Assembly (NCBI GenBank): GCA_965197475.1
Contig: CBDANF010000003.1
Span: forward strand, 3,456,001-3,520,000
Reading direction: 5' to 3'
DNA length: 64,000 bases
DNA from: Candidatus Poribacteria bacterium
GTDB lineage: Bacteria; Poribacteria; WGA-4E; WGA-3G
Shown here one piece after another: positions 1-10,984 of the stretch. The notes beneath the pieces are model-generated. The model had not been told where the DNA came from and ran no database searches. It saw only the letters and a program-made list of their open reading frames with translations. The position numbers and the translations under genes were made by a program. Numbering within the stretch: the first letter of the stretch is position 1; each line of letters begins with the position of its first letter.

Positions 1-1214
1 GAAGTTTCCCACCAATCAAGATTTCTACCGAGAGGTTCACCTGTTGCTGTCCGCACATCTTCGTTGAGGAGACCTCCCAATTTGCGTAGGTGCAGCATAA
101 CTTCAGGCACCCCACCCGCAAGAAAAACACGAACTGTGGGATGTCCTACCGGACCATTCGGCAACACATCAACGAGGCGCGGAACTTGTTGATTGACCTC
201 CGTCCAGTCGTCTACTGTTGGACGTTGCAGTCCAGCAGCATGCGCTATCGCAGGAATATGTAACAGCAGGTTCGTAGACCCACCAAACGCAGCGTGCACT
301 ACCATCGCGTTTCGAATTGCTTCAGGTGTAACGATATCCTTCATCGTCAACCCCTTTGCGGCTAAATTCACCACTGCACGCGCAGAACGCAATCCCATAT
401 CCGACCAGATGTTCTGTCCTGATGGTGCTAACGCTGTGTGTGTCAAACTCATCCCTAACGCTTCACCGACAACCTGCGAAGTTGCCGCAGTTCCTAAGAA
501 TTGACATCCGCCACCAGGAGTAGCACACGCACGGCATCCCATATCCGCTGCATCTTGCAGGCTAATTTCACCGTGTGCGAAACGCGCACCGATTGTCTGA
601 ATCTTCCCGGCATCCTCGCCTGTCGTCGGTGGCAACGTGACACCTCCCGGAACGAGGACAGCCGGTAATTCTCGCATTGAAGCAAGTGCCATCATCATCG
701 CAGGCATGCCTTTATCGCAAGTAGCAACACCGACAACACCTTTTCGTGTCGGCAAAGAACGGATGAGTCGGCGAAAAATCTGTGCTGCATCGTTCCGATA
801 GGCAAGACTATCCATCATACCGACGGTGCCTTGTGTCCGCCCATCACATGGATCGGAACAGTAACCTGCAAACGGAATTGCTGCAAGTTCTTTAAGCTCA
901 TTCGCGACCGCCTGCATCAGAAGTCCTACTTCCCAATGTCCGGTATGATATCCAAGTGCAATAGGACTACCATCAGGCGCGCGGATACCGCCTTGCGTGC
1001 TGAGAATCAGAAATTCCTCTCGTCGCAGTTCTGTCGGTGCCCACCCCATCGCCGTATTGTGGCTCAAGCCGAAAATATCCCCGCTTGGACGGTTGAGAAG
1101 CATCTCTGGTGTGAGTGGCAGGCTGCCTTCCGGGCCGGCGGCGTGCGTTTGGATGTCGTAAATATCGCTGTCGCCTGTTTCTAAGATGTCAGTGTAGTTA
1201 ATCGGTTTTGCCAT
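1..1214 (-). CDS. YjhG/YagF-family D-xylonate dehydratase (IlvD/Edd family), 5' part; runs off the window start
   Basis: Not in the ORF track. Manual minus-strand translation from ATG 1214 gives [49 protein letters not shown]...[11 protein letters not shown]...CDKGMPAM...[16 protein letters not shown], typical of this family. Confidence 0.88.
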   Translation of the reverse strand, partial: MAKPINYTDILETGDSDIYDIQTHAAGPEGSLPLTPEMLLNRPSGDIFGLSHNTAMGWAPTELRREEFLILSTQGGIRAPDGSPIALGYHTGHWEVGLLMQAVANELKELAAIPFAGYCSDPCDGRTQGTVGMMDSLAYRNDAAQIFRRLIRSLPTRKGVVGVATCDKGMPAMMMALASMRELPAVLVPGGVTLPPTTGEDAGKIQTIGARFAHGEISLQDAADMGCRACATPGGGCQFLGTAATSQVVGEALGMSLTHTALAPSGQNIWSDMGLRSARAVVNLAAKGLTMKDIVTPEAIRNAMVVHAAFGGSTNLLLHIPAIAHAAGLQRPTVDDWTEVNQQVPRLVDVLPNGPVGHPTVRVFLAGGVPEVMLHLRKLGGLLNEDVRTATGEPLGRNLDWWET

Positions 1215-1355
1215 TGGGTATTCCCTTTCTGGTGCTAGTTGAGAACTTCAATCTTTTGTCGGTATAGACATAAACTTGCTTCTTATTGCAAACGTACTAG
1301 AGGTTAATTTCGTTACGGCAGCGAAAGGTAGATAAAGACTAACAGATTACTTTAA

Positions 1356-1719
1356 TTAATTGGTTCTTGGTGCTAATGTCCACCCTCTTTTTGTCGCAAG
1401 TCTAGCAAGTGCCTTCTTTAGTTTATCGAATGTTCTCTTTTTTTGCTATCTGTGTCAAAAATGTCTGTGCGAAAAAAATCAGGGTTTACGATAATTTGTG
1501 AATGGGCGTAGTTTTCTGGATCGGATTTTGGATTGGGGTCGTAAATGGGGTAAAATCTTTCAACTTCGCTCTGTCTACGGACGGTTTTTTACCTATATCA
1601 CGAAAAGCATCGCTACGAATTCGTAGTTTTCCTTCATAATAGATGTACTCTACCCCAAGTTCATTTCGTACGCTTCGATAGAGTTCCTCATCGTCCCATA
1701 CGGGGGCGTTTTTATACAT
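1356..1719 (-). pseudogene. Frameshifted small protein, third gene of the TIGR04255 triad (ELYR...AF...SV...NYAH motifs)
   Basis: The ORF 1486-1719 N-terminus continues in another frame as IYDPNPKSDPENYAHSQIIVNPDFF. After an A7 run a third frame gives RTFDKLKKALARLATKRGWTLAPRTN* (stop at 1356). Confidence 0.55.
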
Positions 1720-2317
1720 GAAATAACCATTCCCAAAGTGCTAGATAATTGTCACAACTAAGAAAACCTTCCCGCATCTCCGTGTCAATATTGGTTCCCC
1801 AGACTTGGAGGTATTCTGCTTCATTTTCTCCGATTAACAGATGTAATTCTCGTTCTCCTTCGTACCATTCTGCAGTTATATAACCATTTTCATCACTGGA
1901 GATGAACGGAGTCAGCAACTGGTGTCCAGCAGAAATAATAGAGGCTAACAATTCTTCTATAATAAGTTTAGCATGGACTAAGGTTAGCTGGGTTGGCTTT
2001 TTTGATTCGTACCCATCCCAGTTGTCTTCCCGCTGCGCTAGGACATTAAATCGCGCTAATATTTCAGGCCTATGACAGAATAGGATAAGATCCTTTAGTT
2101 CTGAATTGGCACTTGTGACCCATCTTCGCTGGAAAACTATAGGTGCGTACAACCACGTAGTTAAGTCCGTATAATCATCCAATTTTGATGTCCCAAGTAG
2201 AATATTGGCTTTCTCATGACCCTGACTCTTCCATTGTTTCGCGTAAGGCATCAGTGATACTCCACTGGAAGATGTTCCAGTTAAGTCGTTTGAATATATC
2301 ACATTTTGTAAGGACAT
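1712..2317 (-). CDS. Hypothetical protein (NWDGYESKKP...ITAEW motif); true start uncertain
   Basis: ORF track; overlaps both neighbours, so probably co-transcribed. Confidence 0.65.
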   Translation of the reverse strand: MSLQNVIYSNDLTGTSSSGVSLMPYAKQWKSQGHEKANILLGTSKLDDYTDLTTWLYAPIVFQRRWVTSANSELKDLILFCHRPEILARFNVLAQREDNWDGYESKKPTQLTLVHAKLIIEELLASIISAGHQLLTPFISSDENGYITAEWYEGERELHLLIGENEAEYLQVWGTNIDTEMREGFLSCDNYLALWEWLFHV

Positions 2318-3002
2318 TTTTTATTTCCTTTGTTTTGCTTTCAAGAAAGCAGTCAATGTCAATTATATATGATTTCTCATTAGCGAATTGCTTTTGTCTA
2401 AACCTTCCAGATACCTTGGACAAGATATGGACTACGTTCGCTTTCATTTCACCATCATTGAATTGAATTATTTTTTGCAAAGCCTCAATATCTTTTGCTA
2501 TGAAGGTTGCTAATTCTGGAAATATATATTCTGGGATAAAAACCTCAACACTATGTTTTACGTGGGGAAGTGAAGTTCGATTAGCTATATTTTTATGTCT
2601 TAGACCAGTCCGAATGAAATAGGAAGGTTCATAAATCCCAGTAAATATTAGTAAAACCTTTTCCAATCTTTCTCTAAAGTCTTTATAATTATTGTAATAC
2701 CCATTACAAGTAAGAGCGATAAAATTTTGTGCTAAAGACACTTTCCAATCTCTTTTCTCAGAAAAGAAATGCAAAACTTTAGCGGTAGAAATCTTATCTT
2801 CGAGTTCTTTAGATAGCATATTGTTGGGCAAAGCAGGAATATCTGAGACAAGTTCTGGGTACCCTTCTTTCCTTAATATTTCCTGAAATTCAACAGGTTC
2901 CTCCTGCAAGATTCTAAGAATTTCAGGAAAACGCGCCTGAAATAGTACTTCAAATAGGATATTGTGTTTATATTCTACTCTTTCAAATTCCTTAAAGTTC
3001 AT
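2214..3002 (-). CDS. TIGR04255 family protein
   Basis: EVLFQARFP N-terminus, YNNYKDFRERL, RTGLRHKNI, IIDIDCF and FQWSITD patterns. Confidence 0.8.
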   Translation of the reverse strand: MNFKEFERVEYKHNILFEVLFQARFPEILRILQEEPVEFQEILRKEGYPELVSDIPALPNNMLSKELEDKISTAKVLHFFSEKRDWKVSLAQNFIALTCNGYYNNYKDFRERLEKVLLIFTGIYEPSYFIRTGLRHKNIANRTSLPHVKHSVEVFIPEYIFPELATFIAKDIEALQKIIQFNDGEMKANVVHILSKVSGRFRQKQFANEKSYIIDIDCFLESKTKEIKNVLTKCDIFKRLNWNIFQWSITDALRETMEESGS

Positions 3003-3265
3003 AAATAAAGAACCTCAACGACTGCATGGGAATAAGACAAAGTTTCTTTGCAAATATTTAGATATGATCCCTTAAAAACAATATTGCGGGGTTGAGCACA
3101 ACCACCTGTACATAAACTTAGGAATAAAATCAATGGAAAAACCGAGTGTAACAGACTACACCAGACATCTCATAAACTGACGTGGAAAATATTTTATCAC
3201 ATCGCAGAAAAATTAACAATTTATTTTCAATGTTTGTCGTAACTTGTTTCGGTTTTCTTCAAAAT

Positions 3266-3832
3266 CTACTCAAAAAGTTCCGCGACTGCACACGAAAACC
3301 CTTCCACAACATCCTCACCTGTTAGTGTATCTTCATAGTTTAGCAGTGTAAAGTCCGTTTCAGCACGATAGATCATCACCGTCTTCGCAATCGGTTCAAT
3401 AACCCAGACAAGCCGTGTCCCCGCCTTCAGATAGGCTAATGCCTTTTCTGTAACATCATAATGCTTATCTGAAGGCGAAACTATCTCAATAGCGAGATCA
3501 GGAGCCACAGAGAATCCTTTTAATTTATCTTCTGACAACCGTTCTGTCGATACAAACGCAATATCAGGTTTAACAACTCGGTCCCCCAATTGAAACGTCG
3601 TTTCAAGAGAATACAAACGTCCTAACTTATTTTCACGAACGTACAATCCTAAAAGTAAATGAACGTTAGAACCTATTTCACCATGGACAATTGCTGCAGC
3701 TGCCATCGGCACTAATTCTCCTTTTACATACTCATATCCCTCTAAATCGTTTTCAAGAAATTCCTCCATAGTCATAGTGCTTGGCACTGGTAGTTCTTGA
3801 ACAGATTCTGGGTTCGTTTGCGAATTCAGCAT
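3266..3832 (-). CDS. Uma2 (DUF820) family endonuclease
   Basis: YEYVKGELV, PDIAFV, APDLAIEIVSPSD, YLKAGTRLVWVIEP. Confidence 0.92.
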   Translation of the reverse strand: MLNSQTNPESVQELPVPSTMTMEEFLENDLEGYEYVKGELVPMAAAAIVHGEIGSNVHLLLGLYVRENKLGRLYSLETTFQLGDRVVKPDIAFVSTERLSEDKLKGFSVAPDLAIEIVSPSDKHYDVTEKALAYLKAGTRLVWVIEPIAKTVMIYRAETDFTLLNYEDTLTGEDVVEGFSCAVAELFE

Positions 3833-3887
3833 CAGATTCCTCCTTATACTATAGATGGAATGGTTTCAATTTCCGAATGCCCACAGC

Positions 3888-6572
3888 CTATTTTTTCTGA
3901 TTTGAAAGAAGTTTTATAACCTCAACTCTGCCAGCTTTAACTTTTTTCTCATCCACTTCCATCTGTAAAAGTCCAACCACAAACTCTGTCAAACCCCAGT
4001 CGATTTGTGCCACATCCATAGGTGTCATACCATCATTTTTTCGGATGTTAATATCTGCCCCTTTCTCAAGAAGTAGTTTCACAGTTTCAACGCGTCCGAG
4101 AAATGCCGCACCATGCAACGCTGTTGATCCGTCTCGATGCCGAGAATTGACAGTTGCGCCCTTCTCAAGAAGCAATTTCGCCACATCTGTTTGTCCGCTC
4201 AACGCTGCCCATCCTAACGGATTTATTCCGAATTGCGGATCAAGCGTGTTCAAATCCGAGCCATTATCCAAAGCGTTTTTGATAGCTGAAAGATCGCCTT
4301 CCGCAGATGCTTTCCACAGGTTGTGTGATTGCGAAACATTTTTCATCCGTCCAGTGAGAAGTCTCACTACCTTTGCTCTACCTGCTTTGACTTTTGCCTC
4401 ATCCACTTCAATTTGGAGAAATCCCAATATCCCTTGTGTGATTCCCCAGTCAAGTGTCGCGCTGTCCATGGCACTACCCCCGTCATTATTTCGGACATTG
4501 ACATCTACATCATGTTCCATGAGCAATTCCACCGCTTCAGCACGTCCAAGGAATGCTGCGGCGTGTAACGCTGTATTGCCATCTCCATTCCGGGCATTGA
4601 TATCCGCACCCTTCTCCAGCAGGAAAGTAATAATCTCTGTGTGTCCCATCAGCGCAGCTGTGGATAACATCGGTTCCCCAAACTGCGGATTCCTCGCATT
4701 GACATCCGTTCCATCGGCTATTGCCTGCTTAACCACTTTGAGGTCACCGATGAACACAGCTTCCCATATGTCATTCGCGACTCCTTGCGGTTTTGAGGAG
4801 CGGTTGACATTGAGCATCTCCGCAATTTTGGCTCTACCGGCTTCAACCTCCTTCTGTTCCAACTCAATATCAAATATTCCTGTCATGAATTTAAGCATTC
4901 CCCAAGGAATGTGTAAAGCACTCGCCGGAACATCACCGCGACGGTTCTTCGCGTTAACATCTGCCCCTTCTTTGATGAGAAGTTCAGCGATTTCGGCGCG
5001 CCCTAAAGCGACTGCAACGTGCAAAGGAGTTCCCCCATCCTCCTGCCTTACGTTAACATCTGCACCGAGTTGAAGAAGCAATTCGGCAGCTTTTGTGTGT
5101 CCCATCATAGTTGCCCATGATAGAGGGGATATGTTCGTTTCTGGAGAAAGCTCATTGATATCCGCACCTTCTGCAAGATAACGTTTAATGCCTTTAAGGT
5201 CGCCAGTCCTCGCTGCACCCCACAAATTGTCTTCCGGCAACTCAATAAACTGTCTCATAAACTTACTATCAAACCCATCAGGTCCCATAACAATTGGAGG
5301 GTTCGGTCTCCTTTTCCAGACAGGCATGCCGCCAGCTACCTCAGCTAAAACCTCGCTTTTGCGCGTCCGGATAAAGTCGCGAGTCTCATCTAACTTATCC
5401 GCAAAAGAGATAGTTTTTCCTTCACCCCATCTTCCTTCCTCTCGAAACGAACGTTGTGCGGGGATCATGTGTTGTTCAATCATCGCAGATATTCTGTCCA
5501 CTTCGGCAAGCAGCGTAACCTCGTTCCAGTGTTTTTCAAGAATTTCCATCATCGTTTTGGCATACCGTTCTCTACCCGCTTCAAGTTGATAGAGGCTATA
5601 GGCAATCAAACCTTGTGTCTTGACTGAAATCGGTGCGCGTGAATTTCTCTGGTGTGCAAGTATACTAAATTTAGTGAACAATGAGTCCGCGCCCCACGGT
5701 AAGAAATGAAACTTATCTGTTTCCGGATTGAGATAGACGAAGAAGTTGTTATTGTTCCCAGAATACCCGTCCCAAAAACCGAGTAGCCCTTCCGTTGCCC
5801 AGAACCGATAAAAACTATCTAAATCAACATGTTCGCCGATAGCTTGTTCAGTCACCTGATCATCTGCGAGAACATCAATCAACGCTTTTATTTTTTCTCT
5901 ACCGCGCGCATCGTCACCTCTTTTATGTTCAAAACTATTCTCCCACTCTTTATAAAAATCAACCACTGAACTTTCATAGAGTGTGCCGTTGTCATTTCCG
6001 AAAGTGCCTTTCAGCAACGGTTCGCGCATGCTCTCCACATGGGAGTATATCCCCAAGTTTTCACCGTTCACCGTTACCTTCGCATAAGCGCAACGTGGTG
6101 CTGGAGAACTGATCGTATTGAATAAGGCGTATCCCATGAATTGACTGACCTGGCTCGCATCCTGCTGGTTGTTATTAAGCGTCAGGTTCTTCAGTCTGTC
6201 AATGCCGCCTTTTTTATCAACATGATTCAATTTGATTTTAAGTGATGGGCGCGTATGGCTTTGAGAACCGATGAACCCTTTTTTGCGGAGGCCTACTTTT
6301 GGAAACACCACACCATCAATACTCACACTCGCTTCAACGTAAGTATACGGATGTTCCGGTGGTTTAAATTGCCGAGACTCGTTCAGCACCTCAACAAAAT
6401 TCCGAGACTGAAACCGAATCTTATTCCAATCCTGTTCCGAAACGGTGATCTGTATATCTAAAACCTTGTCGGTTGGAAAAATATCGTCCAAAGTCAGTTC
6501 CTTTGCATCGCTACTGCAGACAGCAACTCCTAAACAGAGGATTGTTGCCAAACATACTATCCATTTTTTCAT
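3888..6572 (-). CDS. Secreted CotH-kinase-like protein with C-terminal ankyrin repeats
   Basis: Signal peptide; CotH motifs (GLRKKG, PAPRC, WDGY..NNNNF, FLPWGAD); about 9 ankyrin repeats (GGTPLHVA, GNTALHAAA). Confidence 0.88.
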   Translation of the reverse strand: MKKWIVCLATILCLGVAVCSSDAKELTLDDIFPTDKVLDIQITVSEQDWNKIRFQSRNFVEVLNESRQFKPPEHPYTYVEASVSIDGVVFPKVGLRKKGFIGSQSHTRPSLKIKLNHVDKKGGIDRLKNLTLNNNQQDASQVSQFMGYALFNTISSPAPRCAYAKVTVNGENLGIYSHVESMREPLLKGTFGNDNGTLYESSVVDFYKEWENSFEHKRGDDARGREKIKALIDVLADDQVTEQAIGEHVDLDSFYRFWATEGLLGFWDGYSGNNNNFFVYLNPETDKFHFLPWGADSLFTKFSILAHQRNSRAPISVKTQGLIAYSLYQLEAGRERYAKTMMEILEKHWNEVTLLAEVDRISAMIEQHMIPAQRSFREEGRWGEGKTISFADKLDETRDFIRTRKSEVLAEVAGGMPVWKRRPNPPIVMGPDGFDSKFMRQFIELPEDNLWGAARTGDLKGIKRYLAEGADINELSPETNISPLSWATMMGHTKAAELLLQLGADVNVRQEDGGTPLHVAVALGRAEIAELLIKEGADVNAKNRRGDVPASALHIPWGMLKFMTGIFDIELEQKEVEAGRAKIAEMLNVNRSSKPQGVANDIWEAVFIGDLKVVKQAIADGTDVNARNPQFGEPMLSTAALMGHTEIITFLLEKGADINARNGDGNTALHAAAFLGRAEAVELLMEHDVDVNVRNNDGGSAMDSATLDWGITQGILGFLQIEVDEAKVKAGRAKVVRLLTGRMKNVSQSHNLWKASAEGDLSAIKNALDNGSDLNTLDPQFGINPLGWAALSGQTDVAKLLLEKGATVNSRHRDGSTALHGAAFLGRVETVKLLLEKGADINIRKNDGMTPMDVAQIDWGLTEFVVGLLQMEVDEKKVKAGRVEVIKLLSNQKK

Positions 6573-6637
6573 TATTTTCTCCTATTGTGATGTATTCCAG
6601 TGATGTAATTAGTTTAGCACATTTCGGATTTTTATGC

Positions 6638-6666
6638 TTGCTATTTTTATGTGTACTTGGTATCAT
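6638..6666 (+). promoter_or_regulatory. Putative sigma70 promoter for the helicase gene
   Basis: TTGCTA-N17-TATCAT about 80 bp upstream of ATG 6746. Confidence 0.45.
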
Positions 6667-6745
6667 AAAATTCGTTCGGAATGAATTCAAGGTTATTATG
6701 TCGCAATTATACATATACTCATGAAGGATTCCAAAAAGAAACACG

Positions 6746-9700
6746 ATGTCACAAAACTCCCGCATTCGAGACAACAAAATGTACGGCACCGTCGCAGATT
6801 TTCTGCGTGATAAAATCCAAGACGGGTCATCACTCTCCTTTGTCTCAGCCTATTTCACCATCTACGCTTTCAACGCACTCAAAGACGAACTCACTAACAT
6901 AAAAGGCCTCCGTTTTCTGTTCGGCGAACCGAGTTTTATCCAAGGTATGGACCCCAGTAAAACAGAAAGCAAAGTCTTTCGTCTTACAGAAGAAGGTTTA
7001 GAACTAAAGAATTACCTGCCCCAAAATGCGATTGCTAAAGCATGTTACGATTGGATTGAAGATAAAGTAGAAATCAAGTCGGTCGCTAAATCCAATTTCT
7101 TACACGGCAAGATGTATTATATTGAGAAGGACGGGAGTGAAGACGCAATTCTCGGCAGTTCCAACTTTACAGTGCGCGGTTTGGGATTGAATGAAAAAGC
7201 AAGCAACATTGAACTCAACCTTGAAGTGGATAGCAAAAGCGACTGTGCGGACCTGAAAAAGTGGTTTGATAACCTCTGGGAATCGGATCAGGTGCATGAT
7301 GTAAAAGAAGCAGTTAAACAATACCTTGAAAATATATACACAGACAAAGACCCGGAATTCATCTATTTTAAGACCTTGTACCATGTCTTTGAAGACTTCT
7401 TGGAAAATGCGACGGATGCGGATTTCGCACAAGAAAATCCAAAGTTCCAGCTATCAGAAATCTGGAAAAAACTATACGAATTTCAGAAACACGGTGTTCA
7501 GGCATGCATCCAAAAACTTAAGGCATATAACGGCTGTATCATCGCCGATAGTGTAGGATTAGGTAAGACCTTTGAAGCACTTGCCATCATAAAATACTTT
7601 GAAATACGGGGCGCGAATGTGTTGGTGTTGTGTCCAAAAAAGTTAGAACAGAACTGGACACTCTATTCATTAAACTATCAAAGAAAAAATAATCCATTAA
7701 GAAAAGATAACTTTCGTTACAACGTCCGCGCACACTCAGACTTGACAGACAGAGGTCCATCAGATTATGATTGGGAAAATTTCGACCTCGTCGTTATTGA
7801 TGAATCACACAATTTCCGAAACCGACCGACTGATAAATATGAGGAAGGGCTACTATTACGCAGAAGTCGATATAACAAACTATTGGAGGAGATTATCAAA
7901 AATGGGTGTCAAACACAGGTGCTTATGCTATCTGCAACACCCGTGAACAACAAACTGACCGACCTCGAAAACCAGGTCCGCCTTATCACTGAGGACAATG
8001 ACGATGCTTTTCAAAATACAGGTATAAATAGCGTTAGAGAAACACTGAGAAACGCTCAAAATCGGTTTGAAAAATGGACAGAACGAAACGGTGATCTTTC
8101 TAATCAAGCGCAAAGACAGGATAGTCTCGCTGAAAGCTTGAATACTGATTTTTTCAATTTATTAGATAGACTCACCATCGCACGATCCAGAGAACATATT
8201 ATTAAATTCTATCATGATACTGAGGATGCAAAGATCAAGTTCCCCGATAGGGAAAAACCGGTACCTGTCTATCCTGATATTGATACGGATGGCATATTCC
8301 CCAGTTTCCAAAACATAAGCACCCAGATTGATGGTTATAAACTCGCTCTCTTCAACCCCTCCTTTTATATCAAACCGGATTGTCTGCACCATTATGATGA
8401 TAGAATTCTAAAGCATCGTGAGAGTAACCTTATCGGTATGATGAAGGTGAACTTTCTCAAACGGCTTGAGAGCAGTGTCTACTCCTTCGATTCAACATTA
8501 AAACGCACCATTGAAAAAATAAATAAACTTGCAATTGACATACAAGATTTCTTACATGATGAAACTGAAAGTGATGTAGATTACAATGCGTTTGCAGAAG
8601 CAGAAGGAGAATATGGAGAGGATGAAGACCTGCTGAATGGCATAGAAGATGCGGAAAATGATATCTACCAATATGAACACCTTAACCTTGAAGCATGGCT
8701 GGAAGACCTACAGAACGATAGAGAACAACTAACAAGAATACAACGCGCTGCAGCTAACATTACGCCTGACAGAGATGCTAAATTAGAGCAACTCAAGGAG
8801 CTTATAACCAATAAGGCACAAAGCCCAACGAAAAATGTGGAGGGAAAACTAAACCCCAAAGTCCTTGTCTTTACCGCTTTTGCCGATACTGCCAATTATC
8901 TATATGAAAATCTCTATGAATGGGCAAAAGAAACACTACAGATTGAGTGTGCTGTCGTAACAGGTTCAGCAAATAAAACGACCTACGGTAATACAGATTT
9001 CAATGAAATTTTGACCAATTTCTCTCCTATCTCCAAAGAACGAACAACAGATGACACAGCAGAAGAAACACCAGAAATTGACCTCCTCATCGGAACGGAT
9101 TGTATATCTGAAGGGCAAAACCTACAGGACTGTGATTATCTTATTAATTACGATATACACTGGAACCCTGTGCGGATTATCCAACGTTTCGGACGGATTG
9201 ACCGAATCGGTAGCAAGAACAAAACAATCCGTATGGTTAACTTTTGGCCTACACCTGAACTTGACGCGTACATCAATCTGAAAGTTCGGGTTGAGGCACG
9301 CATGGCTCTCGTTAATCTAACGGCTACAGGTTACGACAATCCACTCACACCGGAAAACAGAGATGATAATTTGGAGCGCGTCTGGTCACATCGAGATGAA
9401 CAACTCCGACGTATGCAAACCGATAACCTTGACTTTGATGATTTGGATGAGCAACTGAATATCAATCAGTTCACACTCGACGATTTCCGCGCACAACTCC
9501 TCAACTATTTACAGACCAGAGAGGACGAGTTACGCCAAGCGGATTTGGGTTTATATGCTGTAACCGAACCAATTGATCAGCACGGAAAACCTGTTGATAT
9601 AAAACCGGGTGTTATCTTCTGTTTAAAACAGGTCTTTACGGAAGAGGACAACAAAGAAGGCGAAAAACTGAATCCTATCCATCCATATTATCTCGTGTAT

Positions 9701-10021
9701 GTCACCGATGATGAAGTGGTTTCTATCGGTTTCAACAATCCAAAACGGATATTAGAACGGTTCAGTGCACTCTGTATTGGAAAATCTGAACCAGACACCA
9801 ATCTGTGTGACAAATTCAACGAATATACCAACAACGGCAGTGATATGGACATATATCAGATACTTTCTGACGCTGCGTTAGAGTCCATTCAGAAAGAGTA
9901 TATTCGGAAGGTAAACGATCAGCTTGATTCAAGCCCTGATGCGCTCCTGCCCACTGCCGATAGTCAGATTACAGAGGAAACTGAATTTGAGTTGGTCACG
10001 TGGTTGGTCATTAGACATTAG
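6746..10021 (+). CDS. PLD-nuclease / SNF2-family helicase fusion (restriction-type, DrmD-like)
   Basis: HGKMY and GSSNFT (PLD); ADSVGLGKT (Walker A), DESH, SATP, SEGQNLQD, QRFGRIDRIG. Confidence 0.9.
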   Translation: MSQNSRIRDNKMYGTVADFLRDKIQDGSSLSFVSAYFTIYAFNALKDELTNIKGLRFLFGEPSFIQGMDPSKTESKVFRLTEEGLELKNYLPQNAIAKACYDWIEDKVEIKSVAKSNFLHGKMYYIEKDGSEDAILGSSNFTVRGLGLNEKASNIELNLEVDSKSDCADLKKWFDNLWESDQVHDVKEAVKQYLENIYTDKDPEFIYFKTLYHVFEDFLENATDADFAQENPKFQLSEIWKKLYEFQKHGVQACIQKLKAYNGCIIADSVGLGKTFEALAIIKYFEIRGANVLVLCPKKLEQNWTLYSLNYQRKNNPLRKDNFRYNVRAHSDLTDRGPSDYDWENFDLVVIDESHNFRNRPTDKYEEGLLLRRSRYNKLLEEIIKNGCQTQVLMLSATPVNNKLTDLENQVRLITEDNDDAFQNTGINSVRETLRNAQNRFEKWTERNGDLSNQAQRQDSLAESLNTDFFNLLDRLTIARSREHIIKFYHDTEDAKIKFPDREKPVPVYPDIDTDGIFPSFQNISTQIDGYKLALFNPSFYIKPDCLHHYDDRILKHRESNLIGMMKVNFLKRLESSVYSFDSTLKRTIEKINKLAIDIQDFLHDETESDVDYNAFAEAEGEYGEDEDLLNGIEDAENDIYQYEHLNLEAWLEDLQNDREQLTRIQRAAANITPDRDAKLEQLKELITNKAQSPTKNVEGKLNPKVLVFTAFADTANYLYENLYEWAKETLQIECAVVTGSANKTTYGNTDFNEILTNFSPISKERTTDDTAEETPEIDLLIGTDCISEGQNLQDCDYLINYDIHWNPVRIIQRFGRIDRIGSKNKTIRMVNFWPTPELDAYINLKVRVEARMALVNLTATGYDNPLTPENRDDNLERVWSHRDEQLRRMQTDNLDFDDLDEQLNINQFTLDDFRAQLLNYLQTREDELRQADLGLYAVTEPIDQHGKPVDIKPGVIFCLKQVFTEEDNKEGEKLNPIHPYYLVYVTDDEVVSIGFNNPKRILERFSALCIGKSEPDTNLCDKFNEYTNNGSDMDIYQILSDAALESIQKEYIRKVNDQLDSSPDALLPTADSQITEETEFELVTWLVIRH

Positions 10022-10028
10022 CCCATGT

Positions 10029-10261
10029 CGTACCACAATCTGTCTTTCTGTAGCACAATCTTCCAGATTGTGTCTTCTGTAGATTCTCTTTTTCGCAAAC
10101 TGTAAGTGGACGCTACAGGGATGCACATGCGCAAACTGTAAGTGGACGCTACAGGGATGCACATGCGCAAACTGTAAGTGGACGCTACAGGGATGCACAT
10201 GCGCAAACTGTAAGTGGACGCTACAGGGATGCACATGCGCAAACTGTAAGTGGACGCTACA
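10029..10261. repeat. GTAG-type REP cluster with a 36-bp tandem array (4 full + 1 partial)
   Basis: GCAAACTGTAAGTGGACGCTACAGGGATGCACATGC repeated from 10095; REP hairpin TGTAGCACAATCTTCCAGATTGTG at about 10049. Confidence 0.9.
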
Positions 10262-10295
10262 AAAAAATATAGATGTAAAACGGAAAAAACTAAAA

Positions 10296-10967
10296 ATGAA
10301 TCAATATAACTACAAACCATATTATCGTCGTAACTTACCACATATACAACCTCCAGGTGCAACCTTCTTCATAACATTTAACCTGACAGGATCAATACCG
10401 AGACACATCTTACAACAGTACATTACAGAAAAGAGAAAACTTGAAGCAGTAGAACAGATAACATTCAAACAGAAACAAGATATCCGAGAAAAGAAACGTG
10501 AGTGGTTCCGAAAATTCGAAGAAACATTAGATCAGGCACATAACGGGCCAATATGGCTCAAAAACGAACAGATTGCTAAATTGGTAACTGAGAGCCTTCA
10601 CCACCTAAATGGAAAAGTATATTCTTTAATTTCATACTGCATTATGGCAAACCATGTCCATGTCGTATTTACACCACTGAAAATCCAACCTTCTGTAACA
10701 GGCGATAAACAGACTGACAATATTAGTTATCATTCGTTATCTTCCATCATGCATTCACTCAAAAGTTATACAGCACAAAAAGCAAATCAAATATTAGGTC
10801 GTAGTGGTGCATTTTGGCAACAGGAAAGTTACGACCATTGTATCCGTAATCCAGATGAACTGCATCGGATTATTATGTATGTCCTCAACAATCCAGTAAA
10901 AATAGGTTTAGTCAAAGAATGGAAAGAATGGAAGTGGAACTATCTATCCAAAACATGCGATCTTTAG
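10296..10967 (+). mobile_element. REP-associated tyrosine transposase (RAYT, Y1 HUH family)
   Basis: YRRNLPH, FFITF, HUH motif NHVHVV, FWQQESYDHCIR, catalytic YVLNNPVK; flanked by GTAG palindromes. Confidence 0.9.
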
Positions 10968-10984
10968 CGACATCTGAAATCTTT

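Noticed and set aside
4045-5589. Long antisense ORFs (342 aa, 133 aa), and similar ones opposite groEL
   Set aside because: Shadow frames of well-supported genes on the other strand.
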